The translations under genes and the position numbers were made by a program. The notes under the pieces were generated by a model. The model had not been told where the DNA came from, searched no databases, and saw nothing but the letters and a program-made list of their open reading frames with translations. A stretch of DNA of 64,000 bases. It comes from an uncultured candidate division Zixibacteria bacterium (lineage in GTDB: Bacteria > Zixibacteria > MSB-5A5 > GN15 > FEB-12). Positions 47,441 to 56,471 of the stretch are shown in pieces. How positions within the stretch are numbered: the first letter of the stretch is position 1; every line of letters starts with the position of its first letter. The DNA lies in the NCBI GenBank assembly GCA_963664195.1, contig OY760907.1, positions 1,088,001-1,152,000 on the forward strand, read 5' to 3'.

Positions 47441-47859
47441 ATCAACTCCTTGTTTGAGTCGTTAAAATTGCGAGCAAAAACATGGCTCTATTTTTTGCTC
47501 TCCCTATCAACATCAACATATACTGGAACTCATCGTCCTTTCTCGCCGATACTTGATAGGCCAACCCCAAGATTTTCATAGAATTACGAAGAAGTTTGTC
47601 ACATAGCAGAGCACCAGAATCGCCCCTCACAACCGGATATCGAGACCTTGCGTGCCCATCATAAGCGCACGAGGTGCATCACATGAAAAGTATGCGGCAA
47701 CCGCACGACGCCGACACGACGCGTAATGCGTTGTGTTGCAGTACGTTACCAAGAGTCGGGCTTCGGTAGCCCGACGCGACCTCAATCGCATGGGCAAATT
47801 AGTTGCGCCGCTCATTGAGCCATCTTACATTATCGATACAGGCAAGAAACGAATCGAAT

Positions 47860-48948
47860 ATGAAACGCGAATATTTCCTCATCTCACTATTCTTTCTTAT
47901 TTCAGCGGGCATATTCTATCTATTTTATCAGATCATCGTACCGTTTTTTATCCCCATTGCCTGGGCGGCTGTCTTTGCAATCCTTTTTTTCCCGCTGTAC
48001 GAAAGAGTTCTCAAGCGCGTGAAACGTCGCGGGCTGGCCTCGTTGATCGTGTGCCTGGTGATTGTGGTGCTGATTATAGGCCCCGTGACGTACCTTTTTG
48101 TTGCCCTCGTTCAGGAAGCGGCCAACGCCGTCGCACAGGTGAACGCATTGTACCAAAGCGGGCAGCTTGACAAGCTCCTGTCGTTTGACCTGCCCTGGAT
48201 GGACTCTGTCAAGGACAAGCTGACCCCGTATTTCGATCTTCAGAAAATCAGTCTCGATGAAATGGCCAAAAATGCCATCACCCGTGTGTCACAACTCGTC
48301 GTAAGTCAGACAACCTGGCTGGTGGCCAACGCTACCAAGGCAGTGTTCTACTTCGGTCTGATGCTGTTCGCGATGTATTACTTCTTCACCGACGGCCTGG
48401 AGCTGGTCGGCAAGATCAAACGTCTGATGCCGCTGGCGCCGATGCAAATCAACCGCGCTTTCATCCAGCTTCGCGATGTCATTCAGGCTACTATGTACGG
48501 CGGAGTCGCGATTGCGCTGCTTCAGGGGTTGCTTGGCGGCATTCTGTTCGCAGCTGTCGGGATATCCTCGCCGGTGTTCTGGGGCGCAATCATGGCCTTC
48601 CTGGCGATCATCCCGATAGTGGGAGCGTCGTTTGTCTACATTCCGGCGGGAGTAATCCTGATAATAGGCGGATCATGGGTGAAAGGACTGATAGTGATTC
48701 TGGTCGGGACGGTAGTTGTCAGTCAAATCGACAACGTCATTCGACCGCTCATGATCTCCGGCAAAACGAGCCTGCACCCGCTGATGCTGTTTTTCACGAT
48801 TATGGGCGGCATTTCATTGTTCGGTTTGCTGGGGCTGGTGGTCGGTCCGATGATCGCCGCCGGGTTTACTATCCTCCTGAAGATATTCGAAAGTCGGCTT
48901 CACCCCGACGAGGATGAGCTTCAAGACCGACGGATCATCAAACCATAG
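47860..48948 (+). CDS. AI-2E family transporter (PerM/YdiK-like)
   Basis: P..WA...AILF.P, QG.LGG, IP.VG, IDN.IRP, GG...FG..GL..GP. Confidence 0.9.
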   Translation: MKREYFLISLFFLISAGIFYLFYQIIVPFFIPIAWAAVFAILFFPLYERVLKRVKRRGLASLIVCLVIVVLIIGPVTYLFVALVQEAANAVAQVNALYQSGQLDKLLSFDLPWMDSVKDKLTPYFDLQKISLDEMAKNAITRVSQLVVSQTTWLVANATKAVFYFGLMLFAMYYFFTDGLELVGKIKRLMPLAPMQINRAFIQLRDVIQATMYGGVAIALLQGLLGGILFAAVGISSPVFWGAIMAFLAIIPIVGASFVYIPAGVILIIGGSWVKGLIVILVGTVVVSQIDNVIRPLMISGKTSLHPLMLFFTIMGGISLFGLLGLVVGPMIAAGFTILLKIFESRLHPDEDELQDRRIIKP

Positions 48949-49062
48949 CGACAGCCTGATCGCAGGATCACATCCTTTCTCTGACACCGGGTAAAACACA
49001 CCTTTAGACTTTACACCGAATCTGCCACGCCTTTAATTATCGGTATCTCGCACACCAATATC

Positions 49063-51888
49063 ATGGAGTCTGAAATGTCTCGTTCGATTCTTACCGTTGC
49101 AATGCTCATTCTTCTGACCGCATCGGCAGCTTTTGCTGCGTCTGATCCGTCGTACTCACCCGGCGTGTCGGTTGACACCGTACCGTTTTATCCCGACGGT
49201 CAGTACAATGATGCCGTGCCTAAACCAGACAATTTCTTTGAACACGCGATCGGGCAATGGCCGCATCGTTATGCTGAGATGGTTGCATACCTGAAGGTAT
49301 TGGACACGGCCTGCGAGCGCGTGAGCCTTCAAAAACACGGCGAATCTTACGAGGGCCGCGACCTCTACAATGTATTCATCTCCTCTCCCGCGAATATCCA
49401 AAAGCTCGGTACAATCCGGAAATGGATCGATCAACTGGCCGACCCGAGACAACCGCTGACTGCAGACGAACTCGATAAACTGGTTGCGAATACCCCTGCG
49501 GTGGCCTGGCTGGGATACTCTGTCCACGGTGAAGAGATTTCCGGTGTCGACGCGGCAATCCAGCTCATCTATCAACTCGCAGCCGGGACCGATCCTGCTA
49601 CCATGTCAATTCTTGACAGTGTGGTGGTGATTGTCGATCCGAGCCAGAACCCCGACGGCCGTGAACGGTATCTTTCCATGCTCCAGTCATACCAGAGCGC
49701 GGTACCGAATTACAACCAGAATGCCATGCAGCACAACGGCGTATGGCCCTGGGGACGCGCCAATCACTACCTGTTTGATCTCAACCGCGACTGGATTCTG
49801 CTTCGGCAGAAGGAGACCGTCAGCAGAGTCGCCACGCTCTCGAAGTGGCACCCGCAGATTGTTGTCGACGGTCACGAGATGGGTTCAAACGCAACCTTTC
49901 TCTTCTCTCCCCCGCGCGAGCCGATCAATCACAACATCCCGAATCAGTATATGAAGTGGATGAAGGTGTTCGCCGACGATCAAGCCGCGGCCTTCGACAA
50001 ACGTGCCTGGTCCTACTACACCGGCGAATGGCATGAGCAATGGTATCCGGGCTACGCCTCAGCCTGGCCGACCTACTCCGGAGGCATTGGCATCCTCTAC
50101 GAAATGGCGGGAGTCGACGGCAAGTTCGTGAAGCAGCAGGATGATTATCTCCTGTCGTACCACGAGGCAGTCAACAAACACTTCACGTCATCGCTGGCCA
50201 ACCTCGCAACGCTGGTAGCAAACAAGCGAGCGATCCTAAAGGATTACTACGAGACTCGCAGGCAGATTGTCGACAAGGGGCGTCAAACCAAACTCGCCTA
50301 TCTCTTCAAGCCGGATCGGGACGAGTTGAAAACGAAACGGTTCATCGAGAGTCTGACCGGTCAGGGAATCGAGGTAAGTCGAGCGACGGCCGATTTCAAA
50401 GTGGCCTCTGCTTTGAATTCACACGGTACAAAAAAGGACCAGGCAACATTCCCCGAAGGCACCTACATCATATCCACCGCTCAGCCGATGGGCGCGCTGG
50501 CCAAAGGTGTGTTGGAGTTCGATCCGAGACTGTCGCTTGACTTCCTGAAAGAAGAACGTCGCGAGATTGAGAAACATAACGATACGCGCATGTACGAAGT
50601 CTCTGCCTGGTCTCCAGCGTTGGCCTACGATATGGATGCCTGGCAAACAACCTCGACAATCTCCGCTCCGACAGAATCTGTCACCGAAGTCGAGATGTCC
50701 GGCGGGAAGCTGTTCAATCCCGAAGCGCAGTTCGGATTTGTGGTGGATATGGTCGGCGAGAAAACCAACCGGATGCTCGTGCAGTTGTTCCAGAATGATC
50801 TGATCGTAAGGGCATCGGAGAAGGCGTTTACAATCGAGGGCCGTCAGTTCGTACCCGGATCGCTGGTACTGCTCAAGCGCGGTAATCGGGACGATATGCC
50901 TCAGACACTGGCAAACCTGGCGAGTGAAATCGGTCTCGACATCTTCGGCGTCAACTCGGGCAACTCAAGCCAGGGATCATTGCTCGGTGCACCGACTTTC
51001 CGGCTGCTTCGCAAACCAAAAGTTGGCATTCTCGCCGGCAACGGCATAGACTACACATCGTTCGGAGCACTGTGGTATGCTATGGATCAGGAATTGGAGA
51101 TTCCGCACTCGCTGGTCAATCTGGATTGGCTTCACGAGATTGATCTGAGCCAGTACAACGTGCTGGTAGCGCCCTCAAGCTGGGGACCGTTTTTCACCCA
51201 CATCGGTGAAGGGGGTGGAGCAAAGATCAAGGAATTCGTCGAAGACGGCGGCACGCTGATCTGCATGGGGAATTCCGCGGTCTGGGCGACAGACTCGGCC
51301 AGGGGGATTTCACAGGTTCGCTTGCGACGACAGGTACTCGACAAGCTGGCCGAGTATGACCTCGGAGTAAGCCGCGAGCGCCAGGCCGAGGCTCCGGTCA
51401 TTGATACGATGGCCATCTATCACCCCGACAAAGTTGCGGTCGAGGGGAAAGAGGAAGAGAAGGTCTCAAACCCCGGTCTTGAAAAGACGAAAGAAGCCGA
51501 CGAGTGGGCACGCAAGTTCCATCCCCGCGGCGTCATTATGAAGGCCACGCTCGACACCGAAGACTGGCTGGCGTTTGGTATGGGAGAGTCGGTGCCGGTG
51601 ATGGTGTACTCGCAAAACGTATTCATGGCCAAAGGCCCGGTGAAAACCACGGCTCGCTTTGCTGATGTCAACGACCTTCGCTTCTCCGGCCTCCTCTGGC
51701 CGGAAGCCCGTCAGCGCTGGGCGAATACGGCCTACACCACACGGGAGCGAAAGGGCAAAGGCCAGATCATCCTATTCGCGGACGACCCGGACATGCGGGC
51801 ATATTTCTACGGCAGCCGGCAGTTGTTTGTCAACGCATTGCTGTACGGCCCCGGCATGGGCAGCAGGTTTGACGGCCCTTACGATTGA
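49063..51888 (+). CDS. Secreted M14-family zinc carboxypeptidase with C-terminal glutamine-amidotransferase-like domain
   Basis: Signal peptide; G.SYEGR, VHGEE, NPDGR, DLNRD, DGHE motifs. Confidence 0.88.
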   Translation: MESEMSRSILTVAMLILLTASAAFAASDPSYSPGVSVDTVPFYPDGQYNDAVPKPDNFFEHAIGQWPHRYAEMVAYLKVLDTACERVSLQKHGESYEGRDLYNVFISSPANIQKLGTIRKWIDQLADPRQPLTADELDKLVANTPAVAWLGYSVHGEEISGVDAAIQLIYQLAAGTDPATMSILDSVVVIVDPSQNPDGRERYLSMLQSYQSAVPNYNQNAMQHNGVWPWGRANHYLFDLNRDWILLRQKETVSRVATLSKWHPQIVVDGHEMGSNATFLFSPPREPINHNIPNQYMKWMKVFADDQAAAFDKRAWSYYTGEWHEQWYPGYASAWPTYSGGIGILYEMAGVDGKFVKQQDDYLLSYHEAVNKHFTSSLANLATLVANKRAILKDYYETRRQIVDKGRQTKLAYLFKPDRDELKTKRFIESLTGQGIEVSRATADFKVASALNSHGTKKDQATFPEGTYIISTAQPMGALAKGVLEFDPRLSLDFLKEERREIEKHNDTRMYEVSAWSPALAYDMDAWQTTSTISAPTESVTEVEMSGGKLFNPEAQFGFVVDMVGEKTNRMLVQLFQNDLIVRASEKAFTIEGRQFVPGSLVLLKRGNRDDMPQTLANLASEIGLDIFGVNSGNSSQGSLLGAPTFRLLRKPKVGILAGNGIDYTSFGALWYAMDQELEIPHSLVNLDWLHEIDLSQYNVLVAPSSWGPFFTHIGEGGGAKIKEFVEDGGTLICMGNSAVWATDSARGISQVRLRRQVLDKLAEYDLGVSRERQAEAPVIDTMAIYHPDKVAVEGKEEEKVSNPGLEKTKEADEWARKFHPRGVIMKATLDTEDWLAFGMGESVPVMVYSQNVFMAKGPVKTTARFADVNDLRFSGLLWPEARQRWANTAYTTRERKGKGQIILFADDPDMRAYFYGSRQLFVNALLYGPGMGSRFDGPYD

Positions 51889-51907
51889 AGGCTTCGCGAG
51901 TAGACTT

Positions 51908-52000
51908 CTGAGAGGCAGACACGGTAGCAACCGAATACCTGCCTCTCAGGAAACACACCGCGTCCCCGGGGCCACCAGTGGCCCAGGGACGGGGTGTGTT
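51908..52000. repeat. Two adjacent long hairpins in intergenic DNA
   Basis: CTGAGAGGCAG...CTGCCTCTCAG and AACACACC..GTCCC.GGGCCA/TGGCCC.GGGAC..GGTGTGTT. Confidence 0.6.
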
Positions 52001-52260
52001 CTTCATCCTACAGCTTCCCCTCCGCGCCTGCCAATTTTCCGTAGGGTAACGCCCCTCACCCATGCCCTAAAATCTTACAATCCGACTCACCGACACCAAT
52101 TGAATCACGATACCGCCAAGCATATCCAACATAGCAGACGTATTTCTCTCATGGGGGCAACAGACCGGGTCAGCCCCGGACCCCCGCCGCAAACCCAGAA
52201 GATACACACAGTACCTGACATCAAAACACGATACTGCTCGAATATTATGAGGAGTCAAAC

Positions 52261-53232
52261 ATGAAACGTGTCTTTGTCACCGGAGGCGCCGGCTTCGTCG
52301 GATCGCACGTGGTAGCGCAGCTCGTCGAAAAGGGTTATGAAGTGATCGTATTCGACAGGCTGAGCCAATACCTCATCCCCATCGATCACTCGTATGTCAA
52401 TCATATGGAGTATCGCCTGCAAAACCTCCTGCAGGGTTGTACGACCATCAGGGGAAACACGCTGAACAAAGACAACCTGAGACGAACTCTCCTGGACGTG
52501 AAGCCCGACATTATCATCCATCTCGCGGCCCTCCCCCTCGCTAATCTCGCCATCAAAGACAGTGAGGAGGCATTCTACACCATTATCCAGGGAACGGTGA
52601 ACCTGCTGGAAGTCCTCCGGGATGTTGATTTCGTTTCCAAATTCGTGTTCACTTCTTCGTCGATGGTGTACGGCGATTTCGTTCAGGATCCCATACCCGA
52701 AGACGCCCCCAAGCAGCCGAAGGATATCTACGGTGGAATGAAGCTGGCCGGCGAAGTGCTGGTGAAAACGTACGCACGGCGATATGACATAGGGTACAAT
52801 ATCATCCGTCCGTCGGCAGTGTACGGTCCGTCTGACATCAACCACCGTGTCCTGCAGAATTTTGTCGAGGCTGCCCTCAACGGCAAGCCCCTTCAGGTTG
52901 TTGACGGCGGCAAAACACGTCTGGACTTCACCTACGTGGAAGACATCGCCCAGGGAATCCGATTGGCCGCAACCGTCGACGAGGTCACGAACGAGGAATT
53001 CAACCTCACCCGGGGCGAGGCCCGCACCCTGTCGGAAGCGATTGAGATCATCAGGAGTCACATCGGCCATGTGGAAGTGAATCACGTTGAACAAGAGGCG
53101 TTCCGCCCGAAACGCGGTGCCCTCGACATCAGCAAAGCGAAAAAGCTGCTGGGGTACAACCCCAAGTACAGACTGGAGGAAGGCCTGGCCAAGTATATCA
53201 GATTCGTTAAAGACGTTACACTGGCGGCGTAA
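52261..53232 (+). CDS. NAD-dependent nucleotide-sugar epimerase/dehydratase
   Basis: TGGAGFVG, HLAA, SSSMVYG, YGGMK (YxxxK), DFTYVED. Confidence 0.92.
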   Translation: MKRVFVTGGAGFVGSHVVAQLVEKGYEVIVFDRLSQYLIPIDHSYVNHMEYRLQNLLQGCTTIRGNTLNKDNLRRTLLDVKPDIIIHLAALPLANLAIKDSEEAFYTIIQGTVNLLEVLRDVDFVSKFVFTSSSMVYGDFVQDPIPEDAPKQPKDIYGGMKLAGEVLVKTYARRYDIGYNIIRPSAVYGPSDINHRVLQNFVEAALNGKPLQVVDGGKTRLDFTYVEDIAQGIRLAATVDEVTNEEFNLTRGEARTLSEAIEIIRSHIGHVEVNHVEQEAFRPKRGALDISKAKKLLGYNPKYRLEEGLAKYIRFVKDVTLAA

Positions 53233-53236
53233 TCTT

Positions 53237-54358
53237 ATGGGGGAGACAACTACTATTAGCGGCATGCCGTTTTTTGCGGCACAAAGAGAATACGACCACC
53301 ACCGCGAAGAGTTCGAGTCGGCAGTAGTCTCGGTCTTGCAACACGGACGACATCTTCAGGGAACCGAGATTGCCCGATTCGAAGACCTGGTCGCACAGAA
53401 AACGGGCCGGAGACACGCCGTGGCGGTGGGGAGTTGTACTGACGCTCTCCACTTCTCCCTCATCGCGGGCGGCATCCAACCGGGTGACGAAGTCCTGGTG
53501 ACCTGCTTCTCGTTCATTGCCTCGGTTAGTTGCATCGTCAGGGCCGGAGCAGTCCCGGTCTTTGTTGACATCGGCGAGGATTTCCAGACCGATCTCGACA
53601 AAGCAGCGTCGTTGATTACAGACAAAACGAAAGCGATACTCTACGTGCAGCTATTCGGCAACATGGGCAAACCGAACGACGTAGAGACATTCGCCGAGAA
53701 GCACAACCTGCTATTGATTGAGGATGCCGCCCAATCACTCGGCGCGGCATACAAGGGACAACGGTCAGGTTCCGTAGGATCGGTCAGTTGCTTCAGTTTC
53801 GACCCGACCAAGGTGCTCAGCGCACCCGGGAGCGGCGGACTGGCGCTGATCGATGATCCTGCGGTTGCGGAAGAAATTCGCGGACTTCGCTACCACGGCA
53901 AACAAAACGGCTGTTTCCAGCGGATTGGATTCAACTCACAGATGTCCAGCATCAGTGCCAGTCTGCTGACGGTCAAGCTCTCCCACGATGATGACTGGCG
54001 CAGGCGACGCAACGCTGTCGCCGCACAATATAGAGAGCAACTTGACGGATTAGGACTGGAGTTTCCTCCGCATCCGGCAGAGGTCGAGCACGCGTATCAC
54101 AAGTTCGTGCTGAGACATCCCTGGCGAGATACTATTGTCACTCAATTGAAGAAGCGTAACATCCCGGTCATGATCCATTACGACAGTCTGATTCCGGACC
54201 AGCCGGCGTTGAAGACGGTGGTGCATCGCTGCGGTGATCTTACGATGGCGAACGAAATCGTGCGTGACGTGTTCTCGCTGCCGGTACATCCGTTCCTGAC
54301 CGACGACGAGATAGACTTCATCTGTATGGCGGTGAGAAACATCGTTAACTCATTGTAA
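53237..54358 (+). CDS. DegT/DnrJ/EryC1/StrS family PLP-dependent sugar aminotransferase
   Basis: SCTDAL, GDEV, IEDAAQS, SFDPTK (PLP lysine), SLPVHP; alternative start at 53264. Confidence 0.92.
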   Translation: MGETTTISGMPFFAAQREYDHHREEFESAVVSVLQHGRHLQGTEIARFEDLVAQKTGRRHAVAVGSCTDALHFSLIAGGIQPGDEVLVTCFSFIASVSCIVRAGAVPVFVDIGEDFQTDLDKAASLITDKTKAILYVQLFGNMGKPNDVETFAEKHNLLLIEDAAQSLGAAYKGQRSGSVGSVSCFSFDPTKVLSAPGSGGLALIDDPAVAEEIRGLRYHGKQNGCFQRIGFNSQMSSISASLLTVKLSHDDDWRRRRNAVAAQYREQLDGLGLEFPPHPAEVEHAYHKFVLRHPWRDTIVTQLKKRNIPVMIHYDSLIPDQPALKTVVHRCGDLTMANEIVRDVFSLPVHPFLTDDEIDFICMAVRNIVNSL

Positions 54359-54413
54359 ACGAGACGCCGTACATCCTGTGAGGGTGGTGTGCGGTTTCTC
54401 ATTGGTGCGCTCA

Positions 54414-54447
54414 GTTGTGGGCCGTAGTCGTAGAGGGTTCGGCCTAC
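54414..54447 (-). repeat. REP-like element whose GTAG overlaps the hydrolase stop codon
   Basis: Minus strand GTAGGCCG-aaccctctacgacta-CGGCCCAC. Confidence 0.55.
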
Positions 54448-55199
54448 GATCGTCGGCTCTCAGCCAACCGGCGCCACCATCGCCAGACAATCTCTTTCGA
54501 TCCGTACCAGGGTAGTCCAAACACTTTGTCGTGGTAGACGCCATCCATCGTGTAGCGCGACATACCGTCAGCAAACATCGATGACATCGGGATCATGCAG
54601 TCGCCGTCTTGTGAACCGTTCCTGCCGTGCAGCTTGTACGAATAGTAGGCTCGGCGACGAGCGCCCGGTTTCCGTCTGTCCCCCGACATTACGTTACCCG
54701 CAACCGCCAGACAGTTCACCGAGGCGATGCCGTCGGCGATTCTTCCTCGCTCCTTAGTCAGCCCAGAAACACACGAAACGATTCGGCTGCCGTGGGGACT
54801 ACCGAGCGTCACGAAGTCGCTGACGTACAGAATCCCGCTTGAAGAGGTGCCGTCATAAGAGGCGTCACCGAGATAGATGCGTCCCACTATCCCTCCGGCA
54901 CTGTGTGCGACAAGGGTAACGGTGCCGGTATGCGATTCTGAGGCTACCTCGGTCACGGTCTGCTCCAGTTTATCGACAATCCATCGCCAACCGAAAGGAC
55001 CAAAAGTCGGCAGCCAGTCGTGCAGGTAAACCGGAGCCGTGACACAGGGTTGGCCGGTCAGTTCCTCGATAACGAGACGCATATCTTCGTAGTGTCCCGG
55101 ATTCGACAGATACCCCCCAACTATGACCGTCGGTTGAGGACATGGGTTAGTGAGCTCCCGGCGGGGCAACCCGTCGCCGGAAAACGACTGAGTCAACAT
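54444..55199 (-). CDS. Alpha/beta hydrolase (PGAP1/lipase-like); start uncertain, possible frameshift
   Basis: VIVGGYLS, AHSAGG nucleophile elbow, TLGSPH, GD..IP, GVYH. Confidence 0.7.
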   Translation of the reverse strand: MLTQSFSGDGLPRRELTNPCPQPTVIVGGYLSNPGHYEDMRLVIEELTGQPCVTAPVYLHDWLPTFGPFGWRWIVDKLEQTVTEVASESHTGTVTLVAHSAGGIVGRIYLGDASYDGTSSSGILYVSDFVTLGSPHGSRIVSCVSGLTKERGRIADGIASVNCLAVAGNVMSGDRRKPGARRRAYYSYKLHGRNGSQDGDCMIPMSSMFADGMSRYTMDGVYHDKVFGLPWYGSKEIVWRWWRRLAESRRS

Positions 55200-55659
55200 C
55201 AATTGCCTGTCCGTCCACCGTACGCACGGTACCAATGGTCACGCTTACTTCGTCAGCGCTTTCCTTTCGCGCGTCATCAGCGACGAGGTAGACGATACGA
55301 ACTTCCTCCCCTCTGGGTATCGTGTATACCGAATCTTTGACCTTGCTGAAACTTCCATCAATGACGCTACAATCTGGGAAAGGGATGCCTCCCTCGGATA
55401 CAGCGAACTGAGAGGCGTCATACAGCAACATATCGTGTGTGTAGTTTCGGACTACCAGCTTGATGAGTACAGAAGATGGCTTGGCGCTGGACACCATCAG
55501 CCAGTAGCCGATGCCGTCGAGTTTGCGATAGTAGTCTCGAAAACCGAGATCCAAGACTATTAGTTCGTGGTCGTTGGTGTCATAATGAACGAGCGTCGAA
55601 TAGCTACAGGACACCGCAACAGCCGCTAAGAGTACTGCCACAACGCACAACGATCTCAT
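55147..55659 (-). CDS. Hypothetical lipoprotein
   Basis: GAGGAGGG RBS; signal peptide with AVSC lipobox. Confidence 0.65.
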   Translation of the reverse strand: MRSLCVVAVLLAAVAVSCSYSTLVHYDTNDHELIVLDLGFRDYYRKLDGIGYWLMVSSAKPSSVLIKLVVRNYTHDMLLYDASQFAVSEGGIPFPDCSVIDGSFSKVKDSVYTIPRGEEVRIVYLVADDARKESADEVSVTIGTVRTVDGQAIDVDSVVFRRRVAPPGAH

Positions 55660-55715
55660 AACTTCCCTCCTCAACAATTCGTAGTCTAGCAGGTTGTCGC
55701 TCTGTCGAATCCCAC

Positions 55716-56456
55716 CTACATACTCAACTTCTTGAAAACGCCTTCGGGGATGTGGCGGACAATCGTCATGATGCAACGCCAAAAACCCGGCAAATACACC
55801 ACGTCCTTTTTCTTGTCAATTGCCTTGACGATCCCCTTTGCGATCTGCTCCGGCTTGGCCCACAACAACCCCTTCTTCTCGATATGAGCCGTCATCGGCG
55901 TATCAACAAACCCCGGCTTGATCGTAATCACGTTCACGCCCGATTTCTGAAGGCGATTGCGAAGACCCGAAAGAAAAGCCGTCTTCCCCGCTTTCGAGGC
56001 ACCGTACACGTAGTTGCTCTGGCGTCCGCGGTCTCCGGCCACTGACGAAATCACCGCAATCGTCCCGTGACCCTGTTTCTCCATCCGGTTGGCGATCGGC
56101 GTCAGCAGCGACACCACCGAAGTAAAATTAGTCACCATCACGCGAGCCGCCTCGCGATAATCCTTCTCGCACTCCTTCTGGTCCGGAAGGATACCGTGCG
56201 CGATCAGCACAATATCCAGGCCGCCCATTATTTCGTATGCTTTGCCAATGAGCGTGTCATGCTGGCGGGTGTCGGTCAGGTCAACAATCGTGTGATCAAT
56301 TGAGGCTGCCCCGCGAACTTCGAGATCCTGCACCACTGCCTGGAGTTTTTTCTCGTCTCTTGCGACCAGAACGAGGGCATCGCCACGTGCCGCAAACATT
56401 TTGGCGGCCTCCTGTGCGATAGCCGAGGTGGCACCGATTATCAGGGCCTTGCTCAT
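55716..56456 (-). CDS. SDR oxidoreductase, DprE2-like (decaprenylphosphoryl-2-keto-arabinose reductase family)
   Basis: GATSAIA, SSVAGDRGRQSNYVYGASKAG, KPGFVDTPMT; adjacent to the DprE1-like gene. Confidence 0.85.
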   Translation of the reverse strand: MSKALIIGATSAIAQEAAKMFAARGDALVLVARDEKKLQAVVQDLEVRGAASIDHTIVDLTDTRQHDTLIGKAYEIMGGLDIVLIAHGILPDQKECEKDYREAARVMVTNFTSVVSLLTPIANRMEKQGHGTIAVISSVAGDRGRQSNYVYGASKAGKTAFLSGLRNRLQKSGVNVITIKPGFVDTPMTAHIEKKGLLWAKPEQIAKGIVKAIDKKKDVVYLPGFWRCIMTIVRHIPEGVFKKLSM

Positions 56457-56471
56457 GATCTGTTCTCCTGA

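Noticed and set aside
52255..53265. 336-aa - strand ORF
   Set aside because: Antisense shadow of the epimerase gene.
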